24,549 nucleotides of DNA from a virus (taxonomy: Duplodnaviria > Caudoviricetes). This document shows positions 15,695-24,345 of this stretch, piece after piece (the first letter of the stretch is position 1; every line of letters begins with the position of its first letter). The stretch lies in IMG/VR virus record IMGVR_UViG_3300032335_000021, positions 1-24,549 of that record. One strand, given 5' to 3'. The position numbers were made by a program, and so were the translations under genes. The notes under the pieces are model-generated. The model was not told the DNA's origin and made no database searches. It saw nothing but the letters and a program-made list of their open reading frames with translations.

Positions 15695-16137
15695 TGGCTA
15701 TGCGGGTCAAAAAGGATGCGATTGGACAGGCCATCAAACAGTCCTACAAGAATGGCAAGGGAAAGTCTTGCCCTGTGGCGACGATGGATGTCCATGTCAA
15801 CCTGAAGAATCGCAACCACGCCATCAAGGAATACGGCTACGGCCCACTGAATCCTGATGAGCCTTCAGATAAGTTCTGGAAGGCCAAGGCGAAGATGTGG
15901 GCGGTGGATGTCGATGAGGCTCAGAAGTCCCGTTGTGGGAACTGCGCGGCATTCATCCAGACCAAGCAGATGCTGGATTGCATCTCCAAGGGAATGGAAG
16001 CCGGTGACAAGCCTCATAAGGATTACTCGATGGATGTCATCGAGGCAAGCAATTTGGGGTACTGCGAACTCTTCCATTTCAAGTGTGCTGGTGCGCGTAC
16101 TTGCGATGCTTGGATCGTAGGTGGGCCGATCAGATGA
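15694..16137 (+). CDS. Cys-rich protein (147 aa), possible metal or Fe-S binding
   Basis: CGNCAAF...GYCELF...CDAW; TGATG coupling to the upstream gene. Confidence 0.7.
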   Translation: MAMRVKKDAIGQAIKQSYKNGKGKSCPVATMDVHVNLKNRNHAIKEYGYGPLNPDEPSDKFWKAKAKMWAVDVDEAQKSRCGNCAAFIQTKQMLDCISKGMEAGDKPHKDYSMDVIEASNLGYCELFHFKCAGARTCDAWIVGGPIR

Positions 16138-16379
16138 AAGCGACACAGCGTTCATTGAAGGCTTGGACTGAGCAGAAATGGAGGACGAAGAGTGGAAAAC
16201 CGAGTAGTGAAACTGGTGAAAGATATCTACCAGAGGCTGCGATCAAGGCTCTCTCGCCTTCGGAATATGCCCGTACCACCGCCGCCAAGCGTAAGGGTAA
16301 AGCCCAAGGCAAGCAGTTCGTCTCGCAACCGAAAGCCGTTGCAGAAAAAGTAAAACCATTCAGACAACGAGGTAAATGA
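16134..16379 (+). CDS. Small basic protein resembling the C-terminal half of DUF5872-type proteins (81 aa from MKATQR)
   Basis: ATGA overlap; QRSLKAWTEQKWRTKSG...RYLPEAAIKALS motif. Confidence 0.65.
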   Translation: MKATQRSLKAWTEQKWRTKSGKPSSETGERYLPEAAIKALSPSEYARTTAAKRKGKAQGKQFVSQPKAVAEKVKPFRQRGK

Positions 16380-16380
16380 C

Positions 16381-16626
16381 ATGGCTATGTCTCGTGCCAA
16401 TATGAGCCAGCAGGTTTCCAAACCGGGCGGTCTTGGCAAGGTCAAGAAGGTGATGCGGGAGTTCAAAGAGGGAACACTGCATTCTGGCAAGAAGGGTCCG
16501 GTTGTCCGGAACCCGAAACAGGCTGTGGCTATCGCCCTTTCTGAGGCTGGCATGAGCAAGCCTGAGAGAAAGGCAATGGGCGGAAGCATTGATGGCTGCG
16601 CTATGCGCGGGAGGACACGGGCATGA
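16381..16626 (+). CDS. Small basic protein (DUF6496-like)
   Basis: KVKKVMREFKEGTLHSG...NPKQAVAIALSEA motif; GAGGT RBS. Confidence 0.65.
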   Translation: MAMSRANMSQQVSKPGGLGKVKKVMREFKEGTLHSGKKGPVVRNPKQAVAIALSEAGMSKPERKAMGGSIDGCAMRGRTRA

Positions 16627-16913
16627 AAGGCAAAGGACCGATGATGATCGTTGCAATCGGCGCTGGTAAGAAGCGCGACGACGATGATATGGAATACATG
16701 ATGGAGGAAGAGGACATGAAGAAAGGTGGAATGATGGGTTACGCCGCAGGCGGTAGCCTCAAGATGGTCGATAAGGGCGGCTCCAAGGTTCCGTTCTTCG
16801 CGGCTGATGGCAAGGGCAAGATGATGGGTGGCGGCATGACTTACGCCAAGGGCGGCATGACTGGTCGCGACGGCTGCGCTATCAAGGGCAAGACGAAGGG
16901 CCGGATGGTCTGA
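16623..16913 (+). CDS. Met/Gly/Lys-rich small protein
   Basis: GGAGG RBS, ATGA overlap, repeated xxGG motifs. Confidence 0.7.
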   Translation: MKGKGPMMIVAIGAGKKRDDDDMEYMMEEEDMKKGGMMGYAAGGSLKMVDKGGSKVPFFAADGKGKMMGGGMTYAKGGMTGRDGCAIKGKTKGRMV

Positions 16914-17617
16914 TGCCTACCAGCGGTACCGCAGTTTTCAACCCTGAGTTTCGGGAACTCGTAGAAGAGGCTTTCGAACGGGCGGGTTTGGAGTTGCGTA
17001 CCGGCTATGACCTTCAGACTGCCCGTCGCTCCATGAACTTCATGGCGCTTGAATGGGCAAACCGGGGCATCAACCTCTGGACGGTGGAACAAGGTTCGCA
17101 GGTACTGACACCCGGAACCTTCACCTACACCATGCCTGCTGACACCATTGATCTCATCGAGCATCAATTGCGTACAGATGCAGGCAGCACCTCTGGTCAG
17201 ACGGACTACACCCTGTCCCGTATCTCAGTATCGGACTATGCCCAGTTGAGCAACAAACTCACTCAGGGCATGCCGCTACAGATCTATGTGGACCGTCAGA
17301 GAGCCGCGCCAGTGGTGTATCTGTGGCCTGTTCCAGATAACACCCAGACCTACACCCTCGTGTACTGGAAGATGCGCCGGATTCAGGATGTCGGAACCGG
17401 TGGTGCCAATACCATCGACATCCCTGCGCGATTCCTCCCCTGCCTTGTGGCTGGGCTTGCCTACTATGTCGCCATGAAGAGACCTGATGCGGCTGACAGG
17501 CTGTCGTTCCTCAAGCAGGAATATGAGGTTCAGTGGGACTTGGCGGCAGGAGAAGACCGGGAAAAGGCTTCTGTACGGTTTGTCCCCATGAACGGGTACA
17601 TTGGTAGGAATGTTTAA
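16913..17617 (+). CDS. Putative head-tail adaptor/connector
   Basis: ELVEEAFERAG N-terminal helix, LWPVPD motif, C-terminal helices; position after the capsid genes. Confidence 0.6.
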   Translation: MPTSGTAVFNPEFRELVEEAFERAGLELRTGYDLQTARRSMNFMALEWANRGINLWTVEQGSQVLTPGTFTYTMPADTIDLIEHQLRTDAGSTSGQTDYTLSRISVSDYAQLSNKLTQGMPLQIYVDRQRAAPVVYLWPVPDNTQTYTLVYWKMRRIQDVGTGGANTIDIPARFLPCLVAGLAYYVAMKRPDAADRLSFLKQEYEVQWDLAAGEDREKASVRFVPMNGYIGRNV

Positions 17618-17995
17618 ATGGGCAAGCCGTTCTCATCAGGCAAGAACGCATTCGGGTTCTGCGACCGCTGCGGACAGCGGTATGACTTGCACGATCTGAA
17701 TCAGCAGTATGAGAACCTGTTGCCCATAGGCATCCGGGTCTGCTTCGAATGCATGGATGTTGATCACCCCCAGTTGCAGTTGGGTCGTGTCCCCATGGAT
17801 GACCCTCAGGCGCTGCGTAATGCCCGTCCTGACAACACCTTCTTTGCCCCCGGCAACCAAGGCGCGAACGGTAGCCGGATGATCCAGTGGGGTTTCAACC
17901 CTATTGGAGGGGCGCAGGCGTATGACACAGACCTCACACCCAATGATCTCATCTCGACCGGGTTCGTCGGAACCGTCACGGTGGCTGTGACATGA
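17618..17995 (+). CDS. Zn-ribbon-containing neck-region protein
   Basis: CDRCG...CFEC, HPQL and ARPD motifs. Confidence 0.65.
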   Translation: MGKPFSSGKNAFGFCDRCGQRYDLHDLNQQYENLLPIGIRVCFECMDVDHPQLQLGRVPMDDPQALRNARPDNTFFAPGNQGANGSRMIQWGFNPIGGAQAYDTDLTPNDLISTGFVGTVTVAVT

Positions 17996-18630
17996 ACTAC
18001 ACGCAACTCGTAGATCTGGTTAAACAGTACACGCAGAACGAGGAAACTTCGTTCGTTGCGAACATCCCTGTCTTCGTGCAGTTGGCGGAAGAGCGTATCT
18101 ACAACGCGGTCTTCATACCTGCCATCCGCAAGAATCAGATCGGCACCCTTACCCCCAACAACAAGTACCTGACCCTCCCCGGAGATTGGTTGGCAAACTT
18201 CTCGTTGGCAGTCATCACCCCTACCACGAACGCTCAGTCGTTCCTGATCGATAAGGATGTGAACTTCATCCGTGAGTGTTACCCGGACCCCGATGACAGC
18301 GGAGTCCCCAAGTACTACGGCATCTTTGACAAGAACACGCTGATCCTTGGTCCCACCCCGGACAGCAACTATCAGGTCGAACTGCATTACTACTACTATC
18401 CGGAATCCATCGTCACCGCTACCACCTCGTGGCTGGGTGACAACTTCGAAACCGTCCTTCTGTACGGAACCCTGAGAGAGGCTTACCTCTACATGAAGGG
18501 TGAACAGGACATCATCACCTACTACGAACAGAAGTATCAGGAATCGTTGGGTCTCCTGAAACTCCTTGGCGAAGGTAAGGATCGTCGTGATGCCTTCCGG
18601 TCTGGCCTCAATAGGATTCCGGTCACATGA
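17992..18630 (+). CDS. Putative head-tail adaptor protein
   Basis: MNYTQL...FVQLAEERI, GVPKYY, LGPTPD and LLYGTL motifs. Confidence 0.6.
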   Translation: MNYTQLVDLVKQYTQNEETSFVANIPVFVQLAEERIYNAVFIPAIRKNQIGTLTPNNKYLTLPGDWLANFSLAVITPTTNAQSFLIDKDVNFIRECYPDPDDSGVPKYYGIFDKNTLILGPTPDSNYQVELHYYYYPESIVTATTSWLGDNFETVLLYGTLREAYLYMKGEQDIITYYEQKYQESLGLLKLLGEGKDRRDAFRSGLNRIPVT

Positions 18631-19040
18631 TCTTTCAGACACAGACCGTCAGTTTCCGCGAGGAGTTGCTCAAGGGTATCCACGACCTACAGACGGACAC
18701 CATCAAGTTCGCGCTCTATACCAGCATTGCGACTCTGAACGAGGACACAACGGTATACAGCACCACCAACGAGGTGGTCGGATCTGGTTACAGCGCAGGG
18801 GGTGTGGTGCTGACGGGAGTCACCATCAACAACTCCAACGGTGTCGTGTATGTCAATTTCAACAACGCTGCGTGGAACCCGGCGAGTTTCACCTCTGCCG
18901 GTGGATTGATCTACAACTTCAGCAAAGCGAACCGTTCCATCGCTGTAATCAGTTTCGGAAACGACAAAACAGCAACCAATACATTCACTGTGCAGATGCC
19001 CACCAACACCTACACCTCGGCACTACTGCGTTTCAATTAG
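18627..19040 (+). CDS. Putative tail/structural protein (137 aa)
   Basis: HDLQTDTIKFALYT...GYSAGG motif; coupled to the upstream gene. Confidence 0.65.
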   Translation: MIFQTQTVSFREELLKGIHDLQTDTIKFALYTSIATLNEDTTVYSTTNEVVGSGYSAGGVVLTGVTINNSNGVVYVNFNNAAWNPASFTSAGGLIYNFSKANRSIAVISFGNDKTATNTFTVQMPTNTYTSALLRFN

Positions 19041-19049
19041 GAGAATCAC

Positions 19050-19631
19050 ATGTTCATCAACAAGGCCAAGTCCTTTGACAATGTCGGTGCCGATGTCGCA
19101 AAGGGCGGCGGTGCAAACGCTCGTCTCAAGGGAGGCGGCATCTTCACGGTCCGTTGCCGTGACAAGGAAGGCAACCTGAAGTGGGAGCAGAAGTCCCACA
19201 ACCTCGTGGTCAATGTCGGTCTTGCCGATATGAACACCAAGTACTTCAAGGGTTCCGGGTACACCGCTGCGTGGTATATCGGTATCTACGGGCCTGCCTC
19301 TTCGAACAGCCCGTCTTCGACCGACACCATGGCAAGCCATGCCGGTTGGACTGAGGTGACGGCTTACAGCAACGCGACCCGTCCTGCTGCGACCTTTGGC
19401 GCTGCCACCACGGCAGATCCTTCGGTTATCGCGAACTCTGCTTCTCCGGCACAGTTTCTGGTCAACGCTTCTGCCAATGTCGGTGGTGCGTTCCTGACCA
19501 CTGGAGACGGCAAAGGCGGTTCGTCCGGAACCTTGTTCTCTGCCTCTGACTTCGCAGCCCCCGGAGATCGCACAGTCCAAAACGGCGATGTCCTGTCTGT
19601 CACCTACACCTTCAGCCTCGACGCTGCATAA
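19050..19631 (+). CDS. Putative tail structural protein (193 aa)
   Basis: AGGAG RBS; NLVVNVG and GDVLSVTYT motifs. Confidence 0.65.
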   Translation: MFINKAKSFDNVGADVAKGGGANARLKGGGIFTVRCRDKEGNLKWEQKSHNLVVNVGLADMNTKYFKGSGYTAAWYIGIYGPASSNSPSSTDTMASHAGWTEVTAYSNATRPAATFGAATTADPSVIANSASPAQFLVNASANVGGAFLTTGDGKGGSSGTLFSASDFAAPGDRTVQNGDVLSVTYTFSLDAA

Positions 19632-19642
19632 GGAGTTTAAAC

Positions 19643-19819
19643 ATGGCTAAGTTTGCAAAGGGCGAGAAGGTCAAGTTGGTAGTGGTTGTTCCCGAAGGCC
19701 CGGTAGAGAAGTTCATGATGACCGAAGATGGTGTGATCATGTGTCTTATCTCTTGGGTCGATGTGAACGGTCAGAACCAGTCCCGTTGGTTTCCGGAAGA
19801 CGAACTCGTCAAGGCGTAG
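19643..19819 (+). CDS. 58-aa YodC/DUF2158-like protein (MAKFAKGEKVKLV...RWFPEDELVKA), absent from the ORF track
   Basis: Read manually. AGGAG RBS, fills the gap exactly; FxxGxxV...W...FPExEL pattern. Confidence 0.7.
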   Translation: MAKFAKGEKVKLVVVVPEGPVEKFMMTEDGVIMCLISWVDVNGQNQSRWFPEDELVKA

Positions 19820-19822
19820 TCT

Positions 19823-20611
19823 GTGGCTGAGGGCGGCTGGGGATCAGGCACTTGGGGTCAAGCAGGTTGGGGGATGTCGGTCTATGACCGTTCCTCTGAA
19901 GACACTGCTGTCGCCAACGATGCCAATACCGGTGCCGGAACGCAGTTCAATGCGCCGGTCACGGAATCCTCTGTTGCCTCAGACACCGTCTCGTCTATCT
20001 ACAGTCTAGGCTCCAGCGTCTCTGAGACGGCTACAGGGGCGGACTCTGTACTGGCTAATGCCGACTTCAAGACCATGGTCAGCGAGGCTGCAATAGCCTC
20101 TGACGCGGTCCTATCCACCCCTGATTACAAGACCATGGTGGATGAGTCGGCGGTGGCCTCTGATGCGGTTCTGGCAGGTCAGAACTTCAACTCACAGGCA
20201 TCTGAGACGGCGACAGCACAGGATGCTACGGCTTCTGTGTTCTCATTCCCGGTGGTCATAAACGAGTCTGTGACGGCTTCTGATGACCCCTCGTCCTTGG
20301 TCGCCCTTGGCAGCAGCGTCTCTGAGACAGCCTCTGCGTCTGACATAGATGCGGGATTGGTTGACTTCAAGGCCATGATCAACGAGATCCTGAGCGCGGT
20401 TGATATCGCCTCAGGCGGGGTGACCTTCGAAGCGGATGTGTCTGAGTCCATAACCGTCTCGGATATCACCTCAGGGGCGTATCTCTGGAATCCAGTTGAT
20501 GACGACCAGACCGCAAACTGGCAGAATTTAAACGACGACCAGACACCGGGATGGTCCGATGTCGATGACTCGCAAACAACGACTTGGGCTAACATCCCCA
20601 CGGTGAATTAG
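19823..20611 (+). CDS. Acidic Ser/Ala/Thr repeat protein, probably tail-associated
   Basis: GTG start; N-terminal WG repeats; 19-20-aa periodic SE-x-A-x-A-x-D units; Trp-spaced C-terminus. Confidence 0.65.
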   Translation: MAEGGWGSGTWGQAGWGMSVYDRSSEDTAVANDANTGAGTQFNAPVTESSVASDTVSSIYSLGSSVSETATGADSVLANADFKTMVSEAAIASDAVLSTPDYKTMVDESAVASDAVLAGQNFNSQASETATAQDATASVFSFPVVINESVTASDDPSSLVALGSSVSETASASDIDAGLVDFKAMINEILSAVDIASGGVTFEADVSESITVSDITSGAYLWNPVDDDQTANWQNLNDDQTPGWSDVDDSQTTTWANIPTVN

Positions 20612-20621
20612 GAGTTTAAAC

Positions 20622-23120
20622 ATGGCTAGTACATTCAGCACCAACCTTGCTATCGAACTCATCGGTACTGGCGACCAAGCCGGTACTTGGGGTACGACCA
20701 CCAATTCCAACCTCGGTACTCTTATCGAGCAAGCCATCTCTGGCTATGTGACTCAGGCGGTTGCAACTGGCACTGACACGACGATCACCATCCCAAATGG
20801 TTCGACCGGCGTTGCCCGGAACATGTACATCGAGTTGACCGGTACGGGTGGTACCAACACCAACCTGATCGTCCCTGCCAATAAGAAACTCTACTTCATC
20901 TTCAACAACTCGACCGGCGCTGTGACGGTGAAGGTGTCGGGTCAGACTGGTGTATCGGTACCGACTGGCAAGAAGATGGTCCTTGTCTCAAACGGCACGG
21001 ACATCGTCAACGGTTTGAACTACATCGCTGACTTCGGAACCAACAGTTTCTCTGTCACGAACCTGACCGCTTCCAGTGCCACGATCACCAACCTGATTGC
21101 GACCTCTGGATCCATCACGAACCTTGTCTCGTCGGATGCTTCAGCCACTGTGCTTCGCGCAGGTTCCGCCACCCTTACCCACCTGTCAGCGACCTCTGCC
21201 AGCATCACCAATCTAACGCTGACCAGCCTTGTCATCAGCAATCTGAGCATTGCCTCAGCCAACATCACTACGCTCACGGGATCTACGCAGACCCTCTCCG
21301 GCAACCTCACGCTCAACGGCGGCACCGCCAACGGCGTGTTGTTCTTGAACGGCAGCAAGGTGGCGACGAGTGGGAGTGGACTGACTTATAACGGCAGCAC
21401 TTTTGTTGCGGCAGGCAATGTCAAGGTTGGGTCGGGTGCTGCATCTAATTCTGCTCCGTTGATGGTCAACACTGCTAACGGAACCGCTGCAAACATTCAG
21501 TTGTTTCAAGATTCGCAAGAATCTTGGACTATGGGCATTCCGGCTAGCAGCACAGCGTTGACTTGGGCTAATTCTGGCACCGAACAAATGCGCCTCACCT
21601 CGACGGGCCTCGGCATCGGGACGAGTTCGCCTGCTGCAAAACTTGATGTAACCGGAACCTTTAACGGCACACAGGCTGTTTTCGGTAATACCTCTGGTCG
21701 TGGCTTATTGATTGGCACGGCGCTCAACGGTGGCGTAAACGAAGGCTCGTCGGTGCTTAATTCGCGTGGCGCGGGTAACGGTCAGTTCCTGTTCCAAACG
21801 GACGGGACTACGCGGATGACCTTGACCGACACCGGCAACCTCGGCATCGGGACAACCACTACTCGCGGCGACCTTGATGTTGGCACGGTGACTGCAAGTG
21901 CGATCACAAAGTCGATCCATCTCGGCTATTCCGCTGCAGATTTCTACGGCTTTCGACTTGCCAACACTAATACTGCTGCTTCTTTTGGAGCAGGCAACTT
22001 CTTAATTCAGCGCGGCACAACCAGTGCTTGGGTTGATGATTTTGCCATTGACAACAACGGCAATGTTGGCATCGGGACGAGTTCGCCCATCACCAAACTA
22101 GATGTCCGCAGCGATGCGGCGGTGGTCACCACTTCGGGCTATTCCAGTCTGCACTTTAACGCGCTGCCTGCTAGTGCTACCGCTCGCGCTGCGACCATTC
22201 GCAAGAACTACGACTCGCCGTTCGACTTCAACATCTACGCCTCGACTGGCACCTCGGGCAACTCGGCGGCAACCATCTTTTACCGCGACATCACAAACGA
22301 GTCTATGCGCCTCGACTCCTCCGGCAACCTCCAACTTGGCGGAACAACCAACAAAACGACTGGTGTTAGCGGAAGTGGGTCTGGCTTTACAGTTCAGGCA
22401 TCTGGCGCACCAACCGTTTCAATTTGGGATACAACTGATACAAGTTATTACACGAACTTCACTCAAGTAAACGAAGTTTCGTACATCTGGAACATCGCCA
22501 ATGGTGCAATGGCTTTTGGCACCAACAACACCGAACGCGCCCGCATCACGAGCGGTGGAGTGCTTTGTGTAGGAACCACTGCTACTAATAGTGCTGACTG
22601 TGTTTCGCTTAGTTCCTCATCAATCAGCGACACCAATTCTGGTTTGCTTACTGTAAGAAGCCAAAAAAGTGGAGACGCAGCAGATTGCCTTGCTTCTTTT
22701 GTTAAATTTTCTAATACAAATACAACTTCACAAATTTTTATTAGATTTGGGGTAGACCAATATAACAATGGCTCTGGGCAAATTACTGCAAACGGGGCAG
22801 GCCAAGCAGCATTTGGTGCATTTTCTGATAGCCGCTTAAAAGAAAACATTGCTGAACTTCCGTCGCAATGGGGCAGCATTAAGGCGCTGCGACCTGTTGA
22901 GTTTGACTACATTAAGTCCGAAGGCGGTGGGCATCAGATTGGTTTTATTGCTCAAGAATTTGAAGAAGTGTATCCCGACGCCGTTGGCGAACGCGCTGAT
23001 GGGATGAAAACGCTGACTGGCTGGAGCAAAACAGATGCTCGTTTAACCAAAGCCCTGCAAGAAGCAATGGCTCGTATCGAACAACTTGAGGCGAAGTTCG
23101 CCGCATTGGAGAGCAAATGA
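20622..23120 (+). CDS. Tail fibre with C-terminal intramolecular chaperone (peptidase S74) domain
   Basis: Repeated MRxxxxGNxGIGTxxP units; SDSRLKENI autocleavage motif, LRPVEF, GFIAQE, terminal coiled coil. Confidence 0.88.
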   Translation: MASTFSTNLAIELIGTGDQAGTWGTTTNSNLGTLIEQAISGYVTQAVATGTDTTITIPNGSTGVARNMYIELTGTGGTNTNLIVPANKKLYFIFNNSTGAVTVKVSGQTGVSVPTGKKMVLVSNGTDIVNGLNYIADFGTNSFSVTNLTASSATITNLIATSGSITNLVSSDASATVLRAGSATLTHLSATSASITNLTLTSLVISNLSIASANITTLTGSTQTLSGNLTLNGGTANGVLFLNGSKVATSGSGLTYNGSTFVAAGNVKVGSGAASNSAPLMVNTANGTAANIQLFQDSQESWTMGIPASSTALTWANSGTEQMRLTSTGLGIGTSSPAAKLDVTGTFNGTQAVFGNTSGRGLLIGTALNGGVNEGSSVLNSRGAGNGQFLFQTDGTTRMTLTDTGNLGIGTTTTRGDLDVGTVTASAITKSIHLGYSAADFYGFRLANTNTAASFGAGNFLIQRGTTSAWVDDFAIDNNGNVGIGTSSPITKLDVRSDAAVVTTSGYSSLHFNALPASATARAATIRKNYDSPFDFNIYASTGTSGNSAATIFYRDITNESMRLDSSGNLQLGGTTNKTTGVSGSGSGFTVQASGAPTVSIWDTTDTSYYTNFTQVNEVSYIWNIANGAMAFGTNNTERARITSGGVLCVGTTATNSADCVSLSSSSISDTNSGLLTVRSQKSGDAADCLASFVKFSNTNTTSQIFIRFGVDQYNNGSGQITANGAGQAAFGAFSDSRLKENIAELPSQWGSIKALRPVEFDYIKSEGGGHQIGFIAQEFEEVYPDAVGERADGMKTLTGWSKTDARLTKALQEAMARIEQLEAKFAALESK

Positions 23121-23662
23121 GGGCTGGCCCAAGAGCAGCGGCTAAAGCAAAAGGCGAAAGGTTTTTCGTAGGAAAGCCGTGCGCTCGTTGTTCTGGCGAA
23201 AAGCGATATGTCGTCAATGGCGATTGCGTTTCGTGTTCAGCATCCAAAAACAAAAAGTGGATGACTGAAAACAAGGTTGCTCGCAAGCAATACGAAAAGC
23301 AATACAAGGCTGACAATGCGGAGCGCATTAAAGAATGGCAGAAAACCGAACAAGGAAGAGCCGTTCGTAAGCGCATTTCGCAAAAGACTGTTGGAAAGGG
23401 CAAGGCATCATGGATTGCAATGATGGGTCGCATGAGAGCATGGAACCGCATTGCAAAGTGGGATGATGAATTGACCAATTTTGCTTGTCGTGAGGCACAC
23501 GAACTTGCCCGTATGAGAGATAAATGCACGGGAATTAAATGGAGTGTTGACCACATTGTTCCGCTAAAGGGAAAACGAGTATCAGGACTGCACACATGGA
23601 ATAACTTGCAAGTTATTCCGTTGCAGAGTAATAGGCTTAAAAGCGCAAAGTTTGAGGTTTAA
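23117..23662 (+). CDS. HNH endonuclease (homing type)
   Basis: VDHIVPLKG...SGLH...NLQVI...N...K motif; N-terminal CxxC...CxxC; more AT-rich than its neighbours. Confidence 0.85.
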   Translation: MRAGPRAAAKAKGERFFVGKPCARCSGEKRYVVNGDCVSCSASKNKKWMTENKVARKQYEKQYKADNAERIKEWQKTEQGRAVRKRISQKTVGKGKASWIAMMGRMRAWNRIAKWDDELTNFACREAHELARMRDKCTGIKWSVDHIVPLKGKRVSGLHTWNNLQVIPLQSNRLKSAKFEV

Positions 23663-23664
23663 TC

Positions 23665-23988
23665 ATGGCTACTGTAATTAACTGGTCTGTCAGTCAACTT
23701 GATTGTGTCCCGCAAGCCCCCGAAGGCACGGATTATGTGATTTGTTGCCACTGGCAATGCACGGGCGTGGATGGCGTGTACTCAGGGCAGGTCTACTCGA
23801 CCACCTCGTTTGCCGTCGTGCAGGGCGAAGCCTTCACCCCCTATGCTGACCTCACGCTCGACCAAGTGCTCGGCTGGGTCTGGGCCAACGGCGTGGATAA
23901 GGACGCTACAGAGGCTGCGGTGGAGGGCCAGATTGAGGCCCAGAAGAACCCGCCGGTCGTCTCGCCGCCGCTGCCGTGGAGCGTCTGA
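23665..23988 (+). CDS. Conserved protein found next to tail fibre genes (107 aa)
   Basis: FTPYADLT...VLGWV...PLPW motif; GAGG RBS. Confidence 0.7.
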   Translation: MATVINWSVSQLDCVPQAPEGTDYVICCHWQCTGVDGVYSGQVYSTTSFAVVQGEAFTPYADLTLDQVLGWVWANGVDKDATEAAVEGQIEAQKNPPVVSPPLPWSV

Positions 23989-24137
23989 TGGAAGCCAAAC
24001 TTGAAGTGACTTTGGAAGAAGCCGTCGCCATCGTGAACCTGCTGGGTTCGCTCCCGACGAGCCAAGGCGGGTATCCGCTCTGGGCGAAGTTGAAAGCGCA
24101 GGTGGAGGCGCAGGTGCCGAAGGACGGGGAGCCGTGA
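23988..24137 (+). CDS. 49-aa hypothetical protein (MEAKLEVTLEEAVAIVNLLGSLP...), absent from the ORF track
   Basis: Read manually. TGATG overlap upstream and GTGA overlap downstream. Confidence 0.7.
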   Translation: MEAKLEVTLEEAVAIVNLLGSLPTSQGGYPLWAKLKAQVEAQVPKDGEP

Positions 24138-24325
24138 CCACCGTGCAAGATTTGGAGGTGACTGTGACGAGTCACATCGATGTTTGCGCCGTGCGCTACG
24201 AAGCCATTAACGCTCGTCTTAAGCGTCTGGAGCGCACCGTGGTGTCGGTGGGCGGCACCATCATCGTCATCCTGCTGACCGCGTTTGGCACGGTGACGAT
24301 GATGTTCTTGGAGTCTATTAAGTGA
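24134..24325 (+). CDS. Small coiled-coil plus transmembrane protein (holin/XhlA-like)
   Basis: HIDVCAVRYEAINARLKRLE followed by a hydrophobic C-terminal segment. Confidence 0.55.
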   Translation: MTTVQDLEVTVTSHIDVCAVRYEAINARLKRLERTVVSVGGTIIVILLTAFGTVTMMFLESIK

Positions 24326-24345
24326 CGAAAGAGGGGGCCAGTTCT

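Noticed and set aside
15854-15860. Other CTGATGA cores (15854, 20280) as further hammerheads
   Set aside because: Inside coding sequence and lacking the paired stems and GAAA arrangement.
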